A DNA stretch of 64,000 nucleotides from Paramecium tetraurelia (taxonomy: Eukaryota): positions 62,001 through 126,000 of the forward strand of contig CT868607.1 in assembly GCA_000165425.1 (NCBI GenBank). Reading direction: 5' to 3'. Within the stretch, counting starts at the first letter, position 1. Every line of letters begins with the position of its first letter. The translations under genes and the position numbers were made by a program. The notes below the pieces were generated by a model. The model did no database searches and was not told where the DNA came from. It saw only the letters and a list, made by a program, of their open reading frames with translations. Shown here piece after piece: positions 55,982 through 64,000 of the stretch.

Positions 55982-58028
55982 TCATGCTCTTTTCTCTGGA
56001 GAAACCGGTTGTGATTTCCTTTAAGAATGATTCTTTTAAGTTTATTAATGTTGAATGTTTTTTAATTCAACATCAAAATTGTACCCATCGAACAAAGCTA
56101 CATCTTACTAATTTTCTTACATTACACAGTATCCCTCCTCAACAGAACCTGATTCTCCAATTACTAGTCATCATTCAATTAAGTTTCCTCTGAGATCTGA
56201 TTCTAAAAATCGAAATTATCATCCACAGCCTAACTTTCAATTAAGATCAAATACTCCTGGAACATAAAGAGCTTGAATTTTCTTTTTCAGTAAATCATCC
56301 CAAGGATACCCTTTCAACCAAGAATGATGCAATATCTCCTCAATCCCATTACTACCAAGTCTTCTTTCCGGCTTTCTCAATATTAACTAACAATATCATT
56401 TAAATGCTAATACCTAATTAACAAAGTCGAGAGAACTCTCACTCCATCCTAAAGGCAACTCCTCCTTTTTTACCTGAACCTACTTAGCTAGAATTTACTC
56501 TCTGATATCTTGCCTGGTTCTACCATTATAAGGTCTTCTTCCAAGCATCAATTCATATGTTATTACTCCTAGTGCATAATAATCAGCCACCACTGAATGG
56601 TCCATTCTACACATTACTTCTGGTGCCATGTACCCTGGTGTTCCTGATGTATCTCCAGCATTGTTTCCTTTATTCATTCTGGCTATGCCTAAATCAGTTA
56701 ATCTCATATATCCATCCTAGTCTAAGACCAAGTTTTCTGGTTTTAAAATCTCTGTGTATAATCCCGTTTTAATGCAAATAAGTTAAAGCCAACAAGATAC
56801 AAGCAACAAAAAATTCTATTGTTATAAATATTCTTTACTGGTTTAAGCTTCACTAAACCTTCTCATCTTTCCTAGATGAAATCTCAGATCACCACCTGTC
56901 AATAAATCTATAATCAAGAACAGATTTTCCCTATCTTAAAATGCATACCACATGTTCACCAAAAAAGGATGATGCAAATGCTCTAATAGATATTTCTCAT
57001 TTAACACTGAATTTACACTTCTCTTCTATATTACTTTAGCCTTTGACATTTCTTTTAAGGCAAACAACTTCTTGTTCTTCTTCATTTCTACTCTCCAAAC
57101 TCTCCCAAATCCACCCTTGCCAATTACATAGAGAAACTTAAAATGAGTTCGATTCACCTATTCATCTATCTTTAAACTGAGGATTTGAGTTTTGTCTGAG
57201 ATCTCCCCAGTGGACTTTCTTCTTAACTCACTTGATTTCGAGTCATTTTAATTAATTTTGCTTTTCGAGATAGAATCATTGGGGGTTAATTTGCTTTTAT
57301 TTGAATTTTCATGATTGTTTGGAGAATTTGGTGCTGACTCAACTAATCCAGAATTGATGATCTAATATAAAAATTCAATAAGATACAGCTGAAAATTTAG
57401 GTCCTTATTAATTCAATTTCAATTTAAATGAAGTTTGTGTGTTACTCAATACATGACTTTTGGATTCTACTCGTTTTGGGATTACTTTTGATTTAACATT
57501 GTAACTGTTTTCATATAACTATGAATTGCTTAGATTGCTTTTTTAATAGTAACTATTCAAAAAATTGTCCATGTTATGATAAAATTGAGGCTTCTTGGCC
57601 TACTCTTTTGGCATTTGTCTTGATTATGGACGTGATTCCTATATCTAATGTAATTGGCTTTAAAGTTATTTTTGTAAAAACATTTATTGCATCTGATACT
57701 GCTTTTCACGATTAGGTGATTGATGTGCTGAAACTGAGTTGCCCACTTTGATCTCTCTTCTACTATCACTCTCACATGGTTAGTTTTTGGTGCTAACTTT
57801 GACTTTAAGCAAAGGTGAGGCATTAATTACAACCCTTTTCTTTATGCATATATTACAATTCTTTTAATTGCAATAGCATTAGGAGATATCCACTTTTTTA
57901 TCCCAATTACCTGATTATTTTCTAGTAGGTTAAATTTTATTGGCAGGTTCTCCTTTAAATTTAATCTTGCTATTAAGTTATTATTTTATAAGCAAATCTC
58001 TTAAGTTTTTTGCTGTTTATTGACTCAT
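55982..58028 (-). CDS. AGC-group Ser/Thr protein kinase with long N-terminal extension
   Basis: IGKGGFGRVW, FALKEM, HRD..KPENL, TDLGIAR, TSGTPGYMAPE. Apparent +1 frameshift at ~56741-56748. Confidence 0.88.
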
Positions 58029-58393
58029 TTCGTTAATTATTTATATTAAGTATTAATATAAACAATTTAGATAATATATTGTTAATCATTTTATAATATT
58101 TCATCCTGGTTTTAAATTATAATAAATCTTTTTCGTTTTCAATATAAAACGCACTAAGCCAAGTTGAACCTTTCCATTATTATTGCTTATTCATAATTTT
58201 TATAGTTAATTCATTGCAATTTCCATTAATTAATCATAGGGCACAATATAGAAATTAGTTAACTGGTAAAATTAAATGAGATGATGATGACATATTGTTA
58301 CATTTAATTAGTATTAATATAACTAGATTAAAGTTTATATAAAAAAAAATTATAGAAAATAAATGAATAATAAAAATCTAGTATTATTTTTAG

Positions 58394-59451
58394 ATGCAAT
58401 ATTTAAAAACATAATCAATACTATTCCTTTATGGATTATTTGATAGCATTTAATTCATGAAAGGACTTCGAAGATATGCTTTTGATTAATAAGAAAAGCA
58501 TTGCATGGAAATTTAAAAATATTTAAGACAAGCTATAGAATTTGCGGGCAAAAAATTAGCCATCGTGTTTATAATCGACTTGATTGTATATTTATTAGGA
58601 CTAATGTCGATTCCTAAAATATTTTTATGGTCGTTTCAAATCGTATCCGTAGTCTTGTACCTTGAGAACAATGTCAGACAATTAGTCTATGTTGGAAAGA
58701 TTACTTAAACATCCATTTAATATGAGACAAATGTGAAATAGAATAGGCAATTTTTAATATACAATTTAAAAAGAGACAACAATGTAGGATTCTCTACTAT
58801 AATTGATCAAATTAAATTAACCTTGTAAGCTTTACTCTTCAGTTTTTTATTATTGCTACAAACCTCCTTATTTGATATTTTGGTTGTAATTTTACCAGAA
58901 AATACAATAATCTCGTTTATAATTAAACACGTTGATTATTTACTTTATGCAGTATATATAACAACTGGATATATTTCATTGAAGATTCCCTATTAGGATC
59001 ATTTACCCTATTATTTACACATCTATATAGGATATCTAATAGGTTATTCAGTCATCTTATCATATTTTTTAAATATCTATTTTAGTTTTCCTAAATTAGG
59101 AATAGTATTTTCTATTTTATCTCCAATCTGTTTAATGAGAGAATTTCAGATTGATGCCCCTTTGATTACAGAAATAGAAGAGAAATCCTTCAGAGAGAGT
59201 ATAAAATTCAAATATATTTAGATTTCGATATTTTGATAAAGAATTTCTTAGGTGAAGAAGGGATTCCCAGGACATCGTATGAACATCATTTGAAAATGGC
59301 AGAGAATGATAAAGGCTATAAGGCAAAATTGAGAAAGACTATTGGATGGTTTACATTGGCAAGAGGATTAAGACCATATGTTATTAATCCATTGAATAAA
59401 GCAATTATAATAGTTATGAAGATTTATAATTCTTTGTTGGGAATTGTGTGA
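58394..59451 (+). CDS. Multi-pass membrane protein, possibly EI24-like
   Basis: FLYGLFDSI near the N-terminus, LQALLFSFLLLLQ, YLIGYSV and VFSILSPICL resemble the EI24 layout; one 23-nt intron gives 345 codons. The family call is tentative. Confidence 0.6.
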
Positions 59452-59503
59452 TATATTAAAGAATATATTTTAATATTTTTAACGATATGTAAATATATCA
59501 TTT

Positions 59504-61140
59504 TCACTATTTGATTTTTTATTTAACTAAGCATTCTTTCAAGACAAACTCGAACTCATTAAATGAAACAGATCCATCTTTATTGTGATCAAAGAAGGTA
59601 AAGATGGCCTTGGCTTCTTCATCTGTGACAGTTTGATCAATTCTCTTTAATAGTTTGCCTAACTCCTAAGCATCTAATTCATGATTGGCTGATTTATCAT
59701 ACTAGAACGATAAGAGAATTATTACCTTATTAAACAAATCCAAGAGATTGATATTGAATTTGACAATAGACACCTTCAATTTTTCAATGACTGACCTTGC
59801 TCTATCGTCTAGTGATCCTGCTTAAATATCTTGTTGCGGTTTCATAAGAATGCTAACCTTCTTTTTAGTTCTGCTTACTTCAGAAGCTGTCATTCTACAC
59901 TATTAACAAATCTAAATAACATATTTACATCATTTTCTTCCAGCCACTTTTTGAACTCATTGAACTCTATTAGATTATTTCCATCGTCATCAAATTTATT
60001 GAAGATATACTCTATCTCCTCTCGAGTAAGATCTTTATCTACTCTTTGCAAGAATTTCCCCAACTCATTAACATTTAAAGCTTTGTCCTTAGTCATGTCA
60101 AGTTCAGCGAACAATTCTCCAATATCAATCTAATCTTTGATAATCATCTATCTTATGTCATTAATCAAATAAGTGGCTTTGTCCTCCAAGATACTTACAT
60201 TTTTGATAAAATCAGTAAAATGTCCTTTAAATAAAGGATGACGATAGATCTCATCCCAAGATAATCTATCCTTTTCCTCAGCTTGCAAACACCCTATTAA
60301 AAATTCTTAGGCTTCTTTGGAAATCTGAGGTCCTTTGAACTGCAAAGGTTAATTTCTAATATTTTTCAAGAGTTCTTGAGGTGATCTAGCAGTCCAAGGT
60401 GCTAATTGGTTTATAGAAAAGAGGATACTTACTTTTACCGAACAGTGCTTCATAAAAGATAAAGGCAATACTCCAAATGTCAGTCTTGGATGTGTATTTT
60501 TTATTATCCAAGATTTGTGGTGACATATATAATGGTGTTCCTACCAATGATGCTAACATATCCTTTTTAAAATTGTCTACACATTTTGCAAATCCAAAAT
60601 CTGCTAATTTGAAGGTCTAGTATATTAATGATAGTTGTACTCCTTTGTCGATTAATATGTTGGCTGGTTTCAAATCTCGATGAATAATACCATTTTTAAT
60701 TAGTTAAATGAATCCATTCAAAATGTCAATCATAAATTTGACTGCATCTTTCTCAGGCATAGTTTTCTTTTAAGCCGCATAACTAATGATACTAAATTAC
60801 AATTACTTCTCAATCAATTTGTCCAAATCTCCACTATCGCAATATTCTTGAATTATATAATAATTATTATTGGTTTCCATTACATCCATTAATTATACTA
60901 TGTTTGGACTCTTCAATTTCTACATTACTTTTATCTCTGAGATCAATCCTTCCCTTAAATAATCGTCTCTAAATTTCGATCAATCTAAAATTACGCATTT
61001 ATGACAGATTTGTTCAACACTTTTATCGCTACCTTCACTCCTGTCTTTTCATCTCTCCCCCTATACACTTAAGCATACGAACCTTCCCCAATAAGATCTT
61101 TAGGATTGAACAGATATTTGTCAATTCTTTTCTCCCCCAT
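59504..61140 (-). CDS. Ser/Thr kinase (ULK-like catalytic domain) with 4 EF-hands
   Basis: GEGSYAQV, VAIK, HRDLKPAN, ADFGFAK, VGTPLYMSPQ; EF loops DMTKDKAL, DDDGNNLI, DKSANHEL and DHNKDGSV. Confidence 0.9.
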
Positions 61141-61431
61141 TAAATAAATTAATTCAATCAACTTTATCATAATTTCACTCATTATCTCTACATCTCTTAC
61201 ATTGTTCCTCCAAATCTCGTTGAATCCATTCTTAACTACCCATAATCTCAATGCTTTTTTGCCTTCACAACATTAACACACAATTGCATTAAATCTGAGA
61301 TTTCAGAAAAATCCAATTATCATTACCCTACCCATTCATACTAGTATATTTAATCTCGAAAAATATGCACTTAATAAATTCAATAAAATAGAAATTGAAA
61401 TGAAATTGAAATTTTATACATATTCAACTAC

Positions 61432-64000
61432 TCATGGATTGTTTATCATAATCTTTTCAAAAATCTATGCCAACACCTTTCTTCCTAGTGTGACAACTAT
61501 GCATTCATAATTTTCATATGGTTCTTTTAACTATTCGTAGTTTTAAACTTTAAAATTGAAAGTTAACCAATTTGTATCACCTCCAGTCTTATCTACAAAT
61601 TAAATTAAGGACCATTCAAAATAAGCCTATAAACTGCCCAAAGTTTTAATTTTCTTTAAAACATGAATGAATTGAACATTAAATTGGGAATCGAATTGCT
61701 CCAATAAATTAGATCTGGCATGATTCTCTATAATCAAATCAAACATCTAATATAAGAAATTTCTATGCTCTTTTGAGGCTTCTGCCAAGAATATCTCAGT
61801 AAAAGTGATCAAAGTCTTGCGAGTCATCTCAATCAATTATATTGGAAAAGACTATAAGTCCCGATTAATATTGCTTATATCCGAATGACTTTGATCCTGC
61901 TGATCATAAGCCTATATTTAATCCCAATATAATTGTAAGACATTAAAGTACTCTTCGCATTCTTTTCGAGCCTATTCTTTTTATTAATTCTTATAAAAGT
62001 TATAAGCTCTATAATAACTCAATTCTAGTAGATATGCCAAATTATCTTATGCTTTAGTTTTTAGGATTTTGCAAGCCAATTAACTAATCTTCAAGGCCTC
62101 ATTAATTTTACCACAGTCAGTGTAACCCTTGGTTAATTTGCAAGCCACATATGCTGTCTATAGACTATTGTCTGTGTAGAGAGTTTCAAAAATGTAAAAG
62201 GCTTTTTCGTAAAAGAGGATTTGTTATTCAGGACTTTGCTTTTGCTCTCCGATTTCAATGTATGCATCAGCAGTCAATTGATGCTGATGACCAATGGTTT
62301 TGATTAGACATATTATCTACATAGTATTCATTTAGAGCATGTCCTCTATTTATCCTCTATTCTTAAAAAATGTACCCATGATATTGAAGACCTTAGCATA
62401 GTAATGATGCTGGGAACCTAAACAAAACTCCAAATTAAATATCAACAAGTCGAATACTATGAATACGTAATCCTAGTATAATTCAGTTACTATCTCTAAT
62501 AACAACATCAATGGTCGAATCATCCCCACCTTGGGAATCCATCTCTAATTCATATTGGAAAGTTGATTAAGAAGATTCTCGCTGTCAAGGTAAATGTTGG
62601 GATTCAAGTGTTTCAAGGCCTCTGCTAATCGAACCATTGTTTGTTAATACTGCTTCTATTTGAAATGCAATTCTGCTAGGTCTGTCAACACCATGGTTCT
62701 GGCTTAAGCTATGTTGCTGGAATGTTCGAGTCCTTCAAGAAGGTTTAGGCGTCTGATTTTGTCAAAATTTAATTTACATATGAAGAACTTTTATGGCCAA
62801 TTGGTAGTTTTACTATAGTTTGAAGATATTAAATTTATTCACCAGTTTACAGATCTCAACTTCTAACATAGAGAAACTTTGAACATCGAATCTCAACTGA
62901 ATTATGGAGGAGGAATCAAAGAACACCTATTTATTCATTTACTTTATCGAATGAGCTCCTTTAGTGGGAGGAGTAGTCAATGGAGTCATTTGAGATGATG
63001 CTGGGATGATAGATGTTTTATATAATTGCTAGTAAGTTTTTTAATGTAAGTACTATTTCAAATTAAATTTGTTTATGACACTCTCATCTAATTATGCATA
63101 AGGAGTTCCAAAAATTATGTCTTTGGGTTCAAATTTAGATTCGAATTTTAAATTATACTGTAAAGCACTCAACAAACTACCTGGACAAATCCCTTTTAAT
63201 TTCAAATTCAAATCATAATTGAAGTCAAATAACACTTATTTAAAGAGAATTTATTCATAAAACACATTGCTCTTAGAAAACAGTAAATTTAATAAGTCTG
63301 CCAATTACTCTTTGTATTGCATCTCTATGAATTCTGACATGGTTTCTCTTTCTTAAATAATCGTGCGTGGTAACATTATGGATTACTTTTTTGGGAAGGG
63401 TCTCTTCGATTCCAATTCTTCTTAATCCGAAAAGGGGTCCCTGATGATTTTCTTAGGATCAAAGGGCTTAAATGGGATTTAATCCTCTGTAATTGTCTAC
63501 AAAAACTCTGTGAATTATTAATTAAATATGTTTTTAATTGATCTAGCCATCATTTCCACTTCGCATAACTATTGAACATGGGGGATTCTTATATTTGATA
63601 TCATGAATATATACTTAGTTTATAATGCCACCAGATTAAGGAATCTCATGTTAATACCAAAAAGTCTAAAGCTTTCTCTTAACGTATAACTATCAATAGG
63701 ACATATTTCTAATTGATCAATTTTATTCACGAATTCTTGGATATAACCTCTAATGAAGTTTTTGCTCATCTCTGCTAAAGCCATTTGATCAATTGCTATG
63801 TCATTTGATTCCTCAATGGTGTCATATGCATCAGGATTATAGACCTTTCTGTTTTGGATGTTACTTTACTATGCTCTCAATTAACCACTGACACCTGTAT
63901 CATAATACACTGACAGAAATTCTGGTCTGGCTCTCCTGAATTCATAATTTTAAAGTAAATGATCAAAGTTGTGATTTGCAGGAATTGTCTTATTAGATTA
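61432..64000 (-). CDS. Clu (clustered-mitochondria)-domain plus TPR-like protein; 5' end outside the window
   Basis: ARPEFL, PIDSYTLRESFRLFGINMRFL and IPHVQQLCEVEMMARSIK match Clu-central motifs; followed by TPR-like helices (GSQHHYYAKV, GHQHQLTA). Confidence 0.78.

Noticed and set aside
61141..61431. Purine-skewed intergenic stretch as a possible ncRNA or N-terminal extension of the kinase
   Set aside because: No recognisable RNA motif; the upstream ATG frames close quickly, and the ATG at 61140 has a typical AT-rich start context.

Overview
AT-rich, very gene-dense eukaryotic DNA that reads as a ciliate macronuclear chromosome, almost certainly Paramecium (inference). TAA/TAG are Gln codons (translation table 6), TGA is the only stop, and genes are split by tiny 20-32 nt GT..AG introns. 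The supplied standard-code ORF track therefore shows only fragments. Re-translating by hand gives about 38 protein-coding genes and three tRNA-Gly(UCC) genes. The proteins include RPL13, a cNMP-domain K+ channel, an SF-assemblin-like protein, two CK1s, VPS9, Tubby, MFSD1-like, F-box/LRR, two AGC kinases, TMEM181-like, a mini Bdp1-like SANT protein, a DENND4-like GEF, PKG, CDPK, a Rab, an HSL-like lipase, Myb, rhomboid-like, KDM6-like JmjC, Sel1, a C2H2 finger, a pseudokinase-MORN protein, CDC48 and a Clu/TPR protein. I found no mobile element, CRISPR array, telomere or convincing retained IES. The most notable items are several predicted pseudo-enzymes. Chief among them is a KDM6/UTX-type JmjC protein lacking its iron ligands, in an organism where H3K27me3 guides DNA elimination. 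Others are an HRN pseudokinase fused to MORN repeats, a Rab with switch-II Q-to-A, and a rhomboid lacking GxSG. There is also a structurally aberrant tRNA-Gly and two +1 frameshifts in conserved genes. Gene models were made by eye, family calls rest on remembered motifs with no database search, and some start positions are uncertain.
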